UHGV virus genome: UHGV-1421865
Strand: one strand, 5' to 3'
Length of the DNA: 64,000 nucleotides
Source of the DNA: a virus
Below are positions 10,069-19,125 of the stretch, one piece after another. The position numbers and the translations under genes were made by a program. The notes beneath the pieces are model-generated. The model had not been told where the DNA came from, made no database searches, and saw only the letters and a program-made list of their open reading frames with translations. How positions within the stretch are numbered: the first letter of the stretch is position 1; each line of letters starts with the position of its first letter.

Positions 10069-10079
10069 ATTGTGTGTTA

Positions 10080-10709
10080 TTATTTCGAAGTGCCATAGAA
10101 ATATAGCACTTCGTCTTCTTTTTGGTCTTGAAGGTACTTATAATATCTCATTGTAATGAATACTCTATCGTCGTGACGTGTAACCTCACAAATCCGAACA
10201 ACACCGTCATCGGAGCGAACAAGATAAAGATCTTTGTTTGTAGTCACGTCAAACGACTTGCCCAGGATAAGCAACGTTTCCTTACCTCGTTTTAGGATGT
10301 ACTCGTCTTCTACGGTGTACACACCAGCGTATATCGTAGTGTACTTTGTTTTCTGGTGGACGATACTATTATATAAGCGTTTTATAAATTGCGTCAAAGT
10401 ATCAAACACATTCATATTATATTGTTTTTTATTTGTACATTGGCTGACTACGAAAGCGCGACACGGAATTCCCACATCATAGAATGTAACGTAGTCTTCG
10501 TTGTCGAAAATTCTAGTAACACCGCGTAGTTCTAAGATACCGTCTTCTAACTGATAATAAAACGAACTGATTTCATACCAACCGCTATCGCTATTAGTTA
10601 TAGTTGTCAATGTTGGTGTTCCTAACTTTAACAGAGCTGCCGCTTCATGTATGCTATAACAAGGTCTCTCTTTGTTATTGATGAGTTCAATTGCTTCTTT
10701 CACTTTCAT
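10080..10709 (-). CDS. Hypothetical protein with an N-terminal helix-turn-helix-like segment (YSIHEAAALLKLGTPTL).
   Basis: Excisionase/MerR-like HTH resemblance only. Confidence 0.45.
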   Translation of the reverse strand: MKVKEAIELINNKERPCYSIHEAAALLKLGTPTLTTITNSDSGWYEISSFYYQLEDGILELRGVTRIFDNEDYVTFYDVGIPCRAFVVSQCTNKKQYNMNVFDTLTQFIKRLYNSIVHQKTKYTTIYAGVYTVEDEYILKRGKETLLILGKSFDVTTNKDLYLVRSDDGVVRICEVTRHDDRVFITMRYYKYLQDQKEDEVLYFYGTSK

Positions 10710-10974
10710 AGTCCAACCAAATCCATTTATTCAAGATACAATGATATGCGAACGCTAAACCGGAGTTTGCCACTAAGTAATTCACTTGCTCGTCCGTAAC
10801 GTCGGTAATATAACATACAGGATTAAAATCCCACCAGTCAATTGTTTTAGGTAAACCAACGGCACTTTCGTCAATAAAATACTCATCAAGTTCTAAAAGA
10901 ACACGTAAGTCAATTTGTACTTTTTGAAACTGTTGCATCGTTATAGTTTTTGAATTACAGAAAGGACTTTCCAA
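10687..10974 (-). CDS. Hypothetical small protein (95 aa).
   Basis: ORF in a co-directional gene string. Confidence 0.35.
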   Translation of the reverse strand: MESPFCNSKTITMQQFQKVQIDLRVLLELDEYFIDESAVGLPKTIDWWDFNPVCYITDVTDEQVNYLVANSGLAFAYHCILNKWIWLDYESERSN

Positions 10975-11273
10975 TAGTCGAATACAGAAAACAGTTCGGC
11001 CATTTCTTTCATTGCTTCGTCTGATGTTATAGCCAATATATGTAGGTTAGTAATATGCTCGGTGTCCAACCCGTGTGCAGAAATAAAATTCAGTACGTCA
11101 TCAACACTTGAAATTCTGTATTTTACCAAATCAGAAGGTGTAATGTCTAAGGTGTATTCATCCTTGTCCGTAGAGAATTGACATTCTAGTGCCAATTTAT
11201 CGTCGTATTTGTCATATCTAGACACATAGTAGTTGTGTTTATGATAGAACGTCATGTTAATTTGTTGCGACAT
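10941..11273 (-). CDS. Hypothetical small protein (110 aa).
   Basis: ORF in a co-directional gene string. Confidence 0.4.
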   Translation of the reverse strand: MSQQINMTFYHKHNYYVSRYDKYDDKLALECQFSTDKDEYTLDITPSDLVKYRISSVDDVLNFISAHGLDTEHITNLHILAITSDEAMKEMAELFSVFDYWKVLSVIQKL

Positions 11274-11467
11274 AAATACTGTTTTACACTGTTCAAATCA
11301 AAACTGGCGTGATGAATGGCGCGCCATGCCCCGTAGAGGTACGTTTGTTCATATTGCCCAAGCGAATTTACGATGTTAGGCTCTAATATCTGTCTTAGTC
11401 GCTCATCAGCTTTGTTTATAATTTTACTTAATTCGACTATTTCGTTGTAAAATTCTTTTGTATTCAT
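11252..11467 (-). CDS. Hypothetical small protein (71 aa).
   Basis: ORF in a co-directional gene string. Confidence 0.35.
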   Translation of the reverse strand: MNTKEFYNEIVELSKIINKADERLRQILEPNIVNSLGQYEQTYLYGAWRAIHHASFDLNSVKQYLCRNKLT

Positions 11468-11522
11468 GTGCGTTTAAGTTCAATGAATAAATATATAAGT
11501 CCTCCAACAAATACGATACCGA

Positions 11523-11855
11523 TTACATAAGCAATACAACCGGAAGGACATAGTTGTTATCGTTGGCAACTCTCTGCCTCGTATGCAACGGAATGCTTAC
11601 ACCACCACCGTAAGTCTGGTAAGTCGAGAAACTGACCGGCATGTTATAAGGCATATAATCAGGATAATATGGCTTGATGTTCATATACAAGTCATCATCA
11701 CCCATTATTTCGTCACAGTCATTTTGAGTCATTTCTATACCAGCTACAATACCGGTACAGTTTTCTTCGGTAAGATTCCAACCATAAAGTGCGCACAGTC
11801 CAGAAACAACAATTGCTACAACAACGATGGTTTTGAGATTCATCAACTTAGTCAT
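11523..11855 (-). CDS. Small secreted or membrane protein (110 aa).
   Basis: N-terminal hydrophobic segment IVVVAIVVSGLCALYGW. Confidence 0.45.
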   Translation of the reverse strand: MTKLMNLKTIVVVAIVVSGLCALYGWNLTEENCTGIVAGIEMTQNDCDEIMGDDDLYMNIKPYYPDYMPYNMPVSFSTYQTYGGGVSIPLHTRQRVANDNNYVLPVVLLM

Positions 11856-11872
11856 GATTTATTACCTTTTAA

Positions 11873-12058
11873 TTACAATACGAAATTCAAAAGTCCGAAA
11901 CCGACGACCATCAAGATAATACCACCGATCATACCTACAACAGAAAGACCGTGCACAAACTGGTCCTTCTTACTGAGAAACGGTACAGGACGAATGGAGC
12001 TGAGTGACAGAACTGCCAACAAGGCAATTGCAAACAACGGGAAAATCATAATCATCAT
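11873..12058 (-). CDS. Small two-TM membrane protein (61 aa).
   Basis: Two hydrophobic helices. Preceded on the coding strand by the conserved UTR hairpin and promoter-like element. Confidence 0.5.
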   Translation of the reverse strand: MMIMIFPLFAIALLAVLSLSSIRPVPFLSKKDQFVHGLSVVGMIGGIILMVVGFGLLNFVL

Positions 12059-12144
12059 GATAAAATAGAATTTGTGCTCTTGTACGAGCGGTGAAACATA
12101 GTTGATTCAATGCAGATATAAAGCGTTACTATGAATTGTCATGT

Positions 12145-12315
12145 TCAGAAAATTACATATACAAAACAGAAACCTACACCCACAGTACCGAGGATAATGC
12201 CAAGACCGGAGAGGACGTACAGGAACACTTCTTCATTTTTGAGGAATTCCGACATACGAACAAAACCAAGTACCAGAGATACCAACAAACCGATTACAAA
12301 CAGAATGAGTGTCAT
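12145..12315 (-). CDS. Small two-TM membrane protein (56 aa) missing from the ORF track because it is under 60 aa.
   Basis: Manual translation gives MTLILFVIGLLVSLVLGFVRMSEFLKNEEVFLYVLSGLGIILGTVGVGFCFVYVIF. It is preceded by the conserved promoter/UTR hairpin cassette at 12316-12400. Confidence 0.4.
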   Translation of the reverse strand: MTLILFVIGLLVSLVLGFVRMSEFLKNEEVFLYVLSGLGIILGTVGVGFCFVYVIF

Positions 12316-12365
12316 GATAGAATGTATTTTGTGCTCTTTTTAAGAGCGGTGAAACATTGTCTTTT

Positions 12366-12400
12366 TGATTACAATACAAAGATAGCAATTTATTTTGAAC
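12366..12400 (-). promoter_or_regulatory. Conserved promoter-like element (coding-strand ttcaaaataaattgctatctttgtattgtaatcaa) carrying the Bacteroidetes -7 motif TAtcTTTG. A 5'-UTR hairpin gctctttttaagagc lies at 12337-12360.
   Basis: Five near-identical copies lie upstream of genes (12366, 13058, 13436, 17797 on minus; 50072 on plus). Confidence 0.5.
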
Positions 12401-12649
12401 TGTAAAACATTAAGGCAGTTTTTATTTCACCTTTAACGTCTTTTGACGTTTGACTCAATCAGTGTATCGACTGTACTACCGTAGATGGTTCAAGACACAG
12501 TAAATAAATTACTATCGTCTTCATCTTCGTTACGAGACTTAAAATAGTCCCAACTCGAAACATCAATATCGTCTGTTAATGGTTTATAATGACCCAGTTC
12601 TTGACATTTTATTTCAATCTGAATGTCTTTGAATGTTACCATAATAGAG

Positions 12650-13081
12650 TTATTTTGACAATAACAAAACTACGAGACAAGTGAAGATGATAAGAGGACC
12701 GGCAATTATACCGACACGAGACAGAACGTCCATCCAAAAGTCTTTCTTTAGAAGTGTTTCTTTGGGCAGAACAGAAATCGAAATCAAAAAGAGACCGACG
12801 AAAAATCCAAAGAACACGGACATAATCATAACCATAAGCATGATATAATAGAGTTTACGTGTTAAACACAAAAATAAGGAGATAGAAGAGGATAGCGCAG
12901 AGCGTCCCAAAACCACCCAACATAAAAATTTCAGTCTTGCTGAACATGTTGTTTCCATATTTGATGTTACCATGAATCCAAATGATGCAAGGGGTAAAAC
13001 CAAGAATAACGGCACTGATAAACAAAACAATTTGGTCCATAATAGAATAACGTCTTTTTGATTACAATATAAAGATAGCAA
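12650..13081 (-). CDS. Multi-pass membrane protein (143 aa).
   Basis: Four hydrophobic segments. Preceded by promoter-like element copy 13058-13092. Confidence 0.5.
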   Translation of the reverse strand: MLSLYCNQKDVILLWTKLFCLSVPLFLVLPLASFGFMVTSNMETTCSARLKFLCWVVLGRSALSSSISLFLCLTRKLYYIMLMVMIMSVFFGFFVGLFLISISVLPKETLLKKDFWMDVLSRVGIIAGPLIIFTCLVVLLLSK

Positions 13082-13092
13082 TTTGTTTTTTA
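13058..13092 (-). promoter_or_regulatory. Conserved promoter-like element copy (ttgattacaatataaagatagcaatttg on plus).
   Basis: Same 35-nt family as 12366. Confidence 0.45.
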
Positions 13093-13171
13093 CACAGAAA
13101 AATTATGTAACTGTTTTAACGTCAGTTCACTGACGTAGTCAGTTTAATGTCAATTAACTAACGTAGATGGT

Positions 13172-13387
13172 TCAATTGCAGTTACAAAGTTCAGCACCAT
13201 AAAAAATAACCACAAATCCGACAATCGTAAAACAAAGTCCCAAAATAGTAACAAAACCAATCCAGAAGTTGCTGAAGACCTTACCACCATTTACCTTGTC
13301 CACATTATCGGAAAGCATAAGAGGAAGCGGTGAAAATGAAATCATAAGCCACATGATAAACAAAACAACCTTAAGAAGCATTGTCAT
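13172..13387 (-). CDS. Small two-TM membrane protein (71 aa).
   Basis: Hydrophobic helices. Preceded by the promoter plus UTR hairpin cassette at 13388-13470. Confidence 0.5.
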   Translation of the reverse strand: MTMLLKVVLFIMWLMISFSPLPLMLSDNVDKVNGGKVFSNFWIGFVTILGLCFTIVGFVVIFYGAELCNCN

Positions 13388-13435
13388 AATAGAATAGAGT
13401 TATGCTCTTGTAAGAGCGGTGAAACATTATCTTTT

Positions 13436-13470
13436 TTGATTACAATATAAAGATAGCAATTTATTTTGAA
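13436..13470 (-). promoter_or_regulatory. Conserved promoter-like element copy plus UTR hairpin (gctcttgtaagagc at 13406-13419).
   Basis: Exact match ttgattacaatataaagatagcaatttattttgaa. Confidence 0.5.
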
Positions 13471-13663
13471 CAAATCACCTGTTATATAGACTTTAACGCT
13501 AGTTAGACTACCGTGAGGTATCTTAACACCAGTAAATCAACTATGTCGATTCATTGACATTAAACCAGTGTAGTTGGTTCAACGTCACTCGACTCTGTCT
13601 GACGACTACATAATAAAAATAAGACACCTCAAATTGAAGCATCTTATTTTTGTAGACTGATAG

Positions 13664-14536
13664 TCATCGTTTGATATTCCACATCGGTACTTCTGAACCA
13701 CCTACAAGTACATCAATGTTAGCACCGTCCTTCTTTTCAATTACGTCCCATTGGCGAAGTTGGATAAACTGTGAAGGTGACAGATTCATTGCGTTCATAT
13801 AGGCCTTGTCGGCAATAGCACGGGCATTTTCTGCCTTGGCGCGGGCATTTTCCATCTCAACTCGTTTCTCTTGAGTCTGCTTGGCCTGGATAGCCGCGGC
13901 CGTCTTGTTCATCTCGTGGAGCTGCTCCGAATTCGGCATCACACGGTCGGTAACAACTTGATTGATTGTAATAGGGAACTCGCCTTGTTTCTTGGACAAT
14001 TCCTTAATATAATTGTCCATACTTGTCTTCAGCGTATTGTCGAACTTGGCAAGTACCTCACGGTTACTCATCAAATCAAAAGGAGAATAAGTCGATACCA
14101 ATTCACGGACCTTGTTGCGAAAATATGGCTCGATGAATGTATTATAATAGTCCGCTCCGTAATTCCTCAACAACTGCGGCGTATGCCCTTTCTTGATTTG
14201 ATAAACAAGATACATGTTCACATCCAAAGGGGTGTTGTCGTTACTGAGCAAGTCGTCGAACTTAAATTCCTTCTTTTGAGGTAGGATGTTAAACTTCACC
14301 GCCTGGGTCGTAGGTGCATACATTGTGAAATTATTAGCCGGCTCGTCGAGGACCTTTGTATCGCCGAAGAAAATAGGTCGTGCCTTAAAGGCTACTTCTT
14401 CGTCATATTCTGGGTTCGTACAACTTACTGTTACGAGGCTAAGTGCCGCTAGTGCCATCGCACCGACACTGAAAATAATTTGTTTGATGTTCATTTTTGT
14501 TTTATTTATAAATTCTAATATAACCGTCTCCGTCAC
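13664..14536 (-). CDS. Putative lipoprotein or secreted protein (290 aa). Possibly SPFH/band-7-like, uncertain.
   Basis: Signal peptide followed by a cysteine (ALAALSLVTVSCT). C-terminal region rich in ENARAKAENARA-type helices. Confidence 0.45.
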   Translation of the reverse strand: MTETVILEFINKTKMNIKQIIFSVGAMALAALSLVTVSCTNPEYDEEVAFKARPIFFGDTKVLDEPANNFTMYAPTTQAVKFNILPQKKEFKFDDLLSNDNTPLDVNMYLVYQIKKGHTPQLLRNYGADYYNTFIEPYFRNKVRELVSTYSPFDLMSNREVLAKFDNTLKTSMDNYIKELSKKQGEFPITINQVVTDRVMPNSEQLHEMNKTAAAIQAKQTQEKRVEMENARAKAENARAIADKAYMNAMNLSPSQFIQLRQWDVIEKKDGANIDVLVGGSEVPMWNIKR

Positions 14537-14717
14537 ATCGCGAGCATTCTTCGTGGTACATATTATCGTCGGGATAGAGATAACCCAGTCCTAACGTAAT
14601 CACCGCTGCGAAATAATTTGTATGGTAACCTTTACCACCACACTTTGGACATTTTACAATTTTACTACTCATCTGTTTCTTTGAAATTACAAAATTTATA
14701 CGAATTAGCCATTTCAC
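14502..14717 (-). CDS. Small zinc-ribbon protein with two CxxCxGxG motifs.
   Basis: CPKCGGKGY and CSRCDGDGY, DnaJ-type zinc-finger-like. Confidence 0.45.
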   Translation of the reverse strand: MKWLIRINFVISKKQMSSKIVKCPKCGGKGYHTNYFAAVITLGLGYLYPDDNMYHEECSRCDGDGYIRIYK

Positions 14718-14910
14718 TCAATGTCATACAAGCAACTCTCAAACTATGGTGAGATCCACACAACATGACTTGTTCAAGCTTTTGAAGTTTATCAAAATGA
14801 TCAGGTTGTCCTTCTTGACCTTCCCAAATAATATCCTTCAACAACTTCTGGGCTTCTTCAATCAAATGCAAAGCATCGTCAACACGTTTAATACGTTCTT
14901 CTTTTTTCAT
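14665..14910 (-). CDS. Hypothetical protein (81 aa).
   Basis: ORF only. Confidence 0.35.
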   Translation of the reverse strand: MKKEERIKRVDDALHLIEEAQKLLKDIIWEGQEGQPDHFDKLQKLEQVMLCGSHHSLRVACMTLSEMANSYKFCNFKETDE

Positions 14911-14920
14911 GCGATTTCAT

Positions 14921-15280
14921 TTACTTAAAACTATACTTTTCAAATACTGCTTCGATTTGTTGTCTGTCGAACTCGTTGATTCCGTCTTTAATTTTATTAT
15001 AGAATTCTACAGCACTAAGTGGTTTAGATTCTTTAGTGAATCGTGCAGATTCCCAGTCTACCACCATTGATACGTAATCTTTAGGTCCGTATTTGTACTC
15101 TAAATGGTGTGCACTATGTTTTCGATGAAATTTCTGTACTGTTTTGTCAGACAAAAAACACAGAAGAAACGGCTTCTCAATGTCATGAAACAAATGCCTG
15201 AATCCCCAACACTTATGATTCATTGCTGTCATATTAAACGCGCACCAGTGGCTGAACCACCATGTAAAATTTTCTTTCAT
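14921..15280 (-). CDS. Hypothetical protein (119 aa), His-rich (HRKHSAHHLEY).
   Basis: ORF only. Confidence 0.4.
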   Translation of the reverse strand: MKENFTWWFSHWCAFNMTAMNHKCWGFRHLFHDIEKPFLLCFLSDKTVQKFHRKHSAHHLEYKYGPKDYVSMVVDWESARFTKESKPLSAVEFYNKIKDGINEFDRQQIEAVFEKYSFK

Positions 15281-15312
15281 ATTTATATTATAGCATTATT
15301 CGCCCGTATAAA

Positions 15313-16017
15313 TCAGTAAGGCATCGTCGGAAATTGTTTATAAAATACTGTATAAACATCTAACTTCGTATTGTCAAATATGCCGTCCATTCTCTTGATA
15401 TTCGATATATCCCAATTTTCAAGACCCTTACCTCTAAACAGTATTGCACCTTCAAACATCCAACGCATGTCCACTACTTTTGATACATTCCATCTTGAGA
15501 TATTACCGTTAAATACCTTCGCTTTGTTGAACATCATGTACATGTACATTACATTACCGGTATCCCAATTTTCAACACAGATTCCAGTGAACGATACTGC
15601 GCTACAAAACATACGAGACATATTCGTCACATTACCGACGTCCCATTTTGAAAGATCACCGTTGAATGACATTGCATCCTCAAACATCTGACTCATGTTC
15701 CATACATTACCGACGTCCCAAGTTGAGATGTTACCAATAAACATGTCACAACCATGGAACATTCCACTCATGTCTTCAACATTCGAAGTGTCCCACTCGT
15801 CGATTTCGACATTTCTAACACCAAGCCCCTTGAACAACTCAGACATATCGGTGATCAACGACGTATCGATGAAATTAAGATCGGCATCCGGCCCTTCCCT
15901 CACCAGTTCACATATTATCAACTCACGTAGTTCAAGTTTCGATGTTGGTTGGGATCGCTGTAAAGATTTAGACTGTGATGTAATACGCAGTCTACTGGGT
16001 CTATTATGTATAGCCAT
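15313..16017 (-). CDS. DUF285-type repeat protein paralog (about 234 aa, 7 repeats). The start is probably MAIHNRPSRLRITS.
   Basis: Head motif plus repeats. 5' end near-identical at nucleotide level to 2856-3260. Confidence 0.8.
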   Translation of the reverse strand: MAIHNRPSRLRITSQSKSLQRSQPTSKLELRELIICELVREGPDADLNFIDTSLITDMSELFKGLGVRNVEIDEWDTSNVEDMSGMFHGCDMFIGNISTWDVGNVWNMSQMFEDAMSFNGDLSKWDVGNVTNMSRMFCSAVSFTGICVENWDTGNVMYMYMMFNKAKVFNGNISRWNVSKVVDMRWMFEGAILFRGKGLENWDISNIKRMDGIFDNTKLDVYTVFYKQFPTMPY

Positions 16018-16018
16018 G

Positions 16019-16516
16019 TCAAACAGCACAGAACATAATAATTGTTTTCAAATCTTTTTCTTCAAGCCAATCTGCTAGCACATCAATGTATTCAGTTTGT
16101 ATAGATTTCAAGAACTTATCCAATGTCAGATTATCGTCCAAATCGTAGTAGTCGACAATACCTTCAAAGTCACGTTCGATAAGGGCCTTGAGTATAATAA
16201 AAAAGTCATTTGTTGTAGCGGGATCTGCATACAGTTTGTTAACTTGTTTTACTAGTTCTCCTTTACTATAACCGAAAAGCCGTTCGTTAAAAAACTGAGC
16301 ATCGTAAACCCCGTCGAGGATTCTATGATACAGTTTGATCATCGGGTGATCGTCGGTATAATCCGGAAAGGAATTACTCAACTTTCGTTCGATTTCACTG
16401 TCTGTTCTCTTAGAGTCGTTGAACCAGTCAATCGATTCTTCTGTCAGATACGTAAGAATATCGATGTCTGTTTCATTGAGACGAGAAAGGTTCTCTTTAA
16501 GTTTGTTGCGATTCAT
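16019..16516 (-). CDS. Hypothetical protein (165 aa).
   Basis: ORF in a gene string. Confidence 0.45.
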   Translation of the reverse strand: MNRNKLKENLSRLNETDIDILTYLTEESIDWFNDSKRTDSEIERKLSNSFPDYTDDHPMIKLYHRILDGVYDAQFFNERLFGYSKGELVKQVNKLYADPATTNDFFIILKALIERDFEGIVDYYDLDDNLTLDKFLKSIQTEYIDVLADWLEEKDLKTIIMFCAV

Positions 16517-16539
16517 AATGTTTACTTTTGAGTTGTCTT

Positions 16540-16920
16540 CTAAATCATATTATAGTACTCTTTATAAGACGAATCTTCATCATTGGCATTTTCGTAATAT
16601 ATAAGACCGTAAAATCGATAATTGAAGATCTCTGTCAACGTACGATACCGTTTACACGGCTTTACTGTTTTCTTTTCTTTGTCGATTTCAAATACAAATA
16701 ATGTATTATCGATTTCTTTTAGTACAACTAAATGTGATTTTACCTGGTTCACATTCGCACACTTTTCCGTTCTTTTCTTATACTTGTCCTTTTCGTTTCG
16801 TAAGATACAAACACCGAGTACATCACCGTCCCGTGGGTACGGACACGTCAGTACAGTCGTCTTAGGAAAAAGAATGTAATCCTTATAGTTAATTTGAGTG
16901 TAGTCTGTATGTTGTGTCAT
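16540..16920 (-). CDS. Hypothetical protein (126 aa).
   Basis: ORF only. Confidence 0.4.
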   Translation of the reverse strand: MTQHTDYTQINYKDYILFPKTTVLTCPYPRDGDVLGVCILRNEKDKYKKRTEKCANVNQVKSHLVVLKEIDNTLFVFEIDKEKKTVKPCKRYRTLTEIFNYRFYGLIYYENANDEDSSYKEYYNMI

Positions 16921-17087
16921 TGTCTACTTTGCTTAAACAAAATTATGTAGTCTGGAAAAGTAGGCCCGATGTCGTTTAGATAAGCCCACTCTTTATATTC
17001 CTTCTCAAGCACCTCTTTCAGTGTGTTTTCTAAATAACACCGTAGTTGGTTTAGATACGTCTTATTCATCACCACTTTGTTTTTATA

Positions 17088-17372
17088 TTAAAATTCTTCT
17101 ACCACTTCAACATCGCAATAGATTAAATCACCGGCTTCTGTCTCTACCTTGATTCTGTTTGTATCCTCAGTAATAATAAAAGCATCTTCGAGAAGGCCTC
17201 CGTCGGTATAGCCCCACTCATCCATCCACTTGTTAATGCAATCACAAATTGTTTTTCTTTGCATCTTACGAGCCTTTGTTTCATCACCGATTACCACACC
17301 ATGATGAGTGATGATAGGATCTTCAAAGGCAATGATTTCAACCAAGGTGATAAGATAAATCTTCTTGTCCAT
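17088..17372 (-). CDS. Hypothetical protein (94 aa).
   Basis: ORF only. Confidence 0.4.
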   Translation of the reverse strand: MDKKIYLITLVEIIAFEDPIITHHGVVIGDETKARKMQRKTICDCINKWMDEWGYTDGGLLEDAFIITEDTNRIKVETEAGDLIYCDVEVVEEF

Positions 17373-17384
17373 AACGTCGAGAGT

Positions 17385-17849
17385 TTACCAAGGTAAGCTA
17401 CAATCTAATTCGGTAATTTCAACCCCATCATAGAGTATAGAGCTATAGCTACCTCCACCGTCATCTGAATCACAATAATGCGTCTTCGTAGCCAGTTTGT
17501 CTTGTACACGAGCGTCGATTACCGAATTGATTTGCTCTTCCAATTCCGAAACAAACAACTTACGGTTGTCAGAAAGGAGCGTCTTAATAAGGCCCTTAGA
17601 CCAGTTGTCGGTTTCTTTCTTGTACTCTTCGAGTGCTGCCAACTTAGTCGATTTCTCTTCTACTTCAGTCTTGCACGACTTCAAATCGCCTTCACACTTA
17701 GCCAATTGTTCTTCGAGCTTGATAACACGTTCAATCAGCTGGTCTTTCTTAAACTTCTTGTAAAATTCTTCGTTGGTCATTTTCTTGTTCTTTTTTTTAT
17801 TACAATACAAAGATAGCACTTTATTTTGAAGAAGACAAGTATTATACAT
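17385..17849 (-). CDS. Coiled-coil hypothetical protein (154 aa).
   Basis: Heptad-rich EEQLAKCEGDLKSCKTEVEEKSTKLAALEE. Preceded by promoter-like element 17797-17830. Confidence 0.45.
   Translation of the reverse strand: MYNTCLLQNKVLSLYCNKKKNKKMTNEEFYKKFKKDQLIERVIKLEEQLAKCEGDLKSCKTEVEEKSTKLAALEEYKKETDNWSKGLIKTLLSDNRKLFVSELEEQINSVIDARVQDKLATKTHYCDSDDGGGSYSSILYDGVEITELDCSLPW
17797..17830 (-). promoter_or_regulatory. Conserved promoter-like element copy (ttattacaatacaaagatagcactttattttgaa).
   Basis: Same family as 12366. Confidence 0.45.
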
Positions 17850-17956
17850 CTTTTAACGTCAGTATTAGTATCTTTTAACGATATACATACATAAATCAAA
17901 AAAGTACCGTCTGTTATAATATATAATAACAAACGATACTTTGTAGTATCACTGAG

Positions 17957-19066
17957 TCACTGAGTAATCACAATAGCTACTCGATTAGACGTTTCATTTA
18001 AGGCACCGTAACCTACGACTTCCTTTACCGTAACACCTTGTGCTTTCAGGAATCGCGCAACAACCTCTGCACGGCGATATGAAAGCATATCATTGTGTTC
18101 CTTCTTACCTTCAGGGGAGGCATAGCCGTATACATTCACCGTACCTACGATGTTCTTCAATACGTTCTGTACCTCTTCAGTAAGGTCATAACTGTTCTTT
18201 GCGAAGAACACGACGTGCTCTGTCGTGGTTTGTACTGTCACGGTTTGTACCACTGTGTCTTTTACTGACAAGTCCTTTACCACCTCTCGTACTTGTACTT
18301 CCTGGTGACGTAGTTGTTCACGAAGACGTGCAATAGTCGACTCGTAGGTTTCAATGTTGTATTCCTTGAAATAATGCGTACCGTTGCTCGTCTTAAAATG
18401 ATAGGTATAACCCACCGTCAGTAGATACTGGCTCCCATGTCGGTTAAAAGCAAGCTGCGAGTAACGATTACCAGGCTCCGAAAGGTTCCAGAAAATCTCA
18501 GGACGGACATTGATAGTATGTTTCTTACTCTGCCCGAGATTAAAAGCGATGTCAAGACCGGTCTTCGCCCCCAAATAATTGTTGTACTTATCGCTTTGAT
18601 GAGGCGTATAGTTGTGGATCCACCCGGTACCGGCAACGGCGCTTACTTCGAAAGTACGCGGCTTGTTATTATAACCGCAGAATAGGTTATTGAGATTAAC
18701 AAGACCGTTAAGTCCCAAATACGACGTCTTCACTGTATTATCGCTCTTGTTAGTACTGAAGAAGGCGAGACCTTCGATTTCTGCACTATAAACAGGAGAG
18801 AATTGCTTGCCCACCCGTAGAGACAACACAGGACTATCGGGTGATACTGTATTTAGACCTTTGTCAGTGGCGACACCACCGTTAAGACCTACATAAACAT
18901 TATCAAAAGGCTTTGTAGTCTGGAGTGACGTCTGAGCGCTCGCACCGAGCATCGTCATCAAACCCAAAGCAAAAATAAACATTTTCTTCATATAATATAC
19001 TTTATTTCTAATCAATTTGTTTTGGTACACTTGTACAACATCTTGTTCAGTATAATCAATTATCAC
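17957..19066 (-). CDS. OmpA-family outer-membrane protein with a Bacteroidetes-type signal peptide.
   Basis: Signal MKKMFIFALGLMTMLGASAQT. C-terminal OmpA-like motif YGYASPEGKKEHNDMLSYRRAEVVARFL. Confidence 0.7.
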   Translation of the reverse strand: MIIDYTEQDVVQVYQNKLIRNKVYYMKKMFIFALGLMTMLGASAQTSLQTTKPFDNVYVGLNGGVATDKGLNTVSPDSPVLSLRVGKQFSPVYSAEIEGLAFFSTNKSDNTVKTSYLGLNGLVNLNNLFCGYNNKPRTFEVSAVAGTGWIHNYTPHQSDKYNNYLGAKTGLDIAFNLGQSKKHTINVRPEIFWNLSEPGNRYSQLAFNRHGSQYLLTVGYTYHFKTSNGTHYFKEYNIETYESTIARLREQLRHQEVQVREVVKDLSVKDTVVQTVTVQTTTEHVVFFAKNSYDLTEEVQNVLKNIVGTVNVYGYASPEGKKEHNDMLSYRRAEVVARFLKAQGVTVKEVVGYGALNETSNRVAIVITQ

Positions 19067-19125
19067 AACTTAAATCACTGTAGACTGTAAACCTATGATA
19101 AAGGTTGCACAATATATCTGAATGA

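Noticed and set aside
13871-14284. 137-aa plus-strand ORF
   Set aside because: It is antisense to the signal-peptide lipoprotein gene 13664-14536, with no motif.
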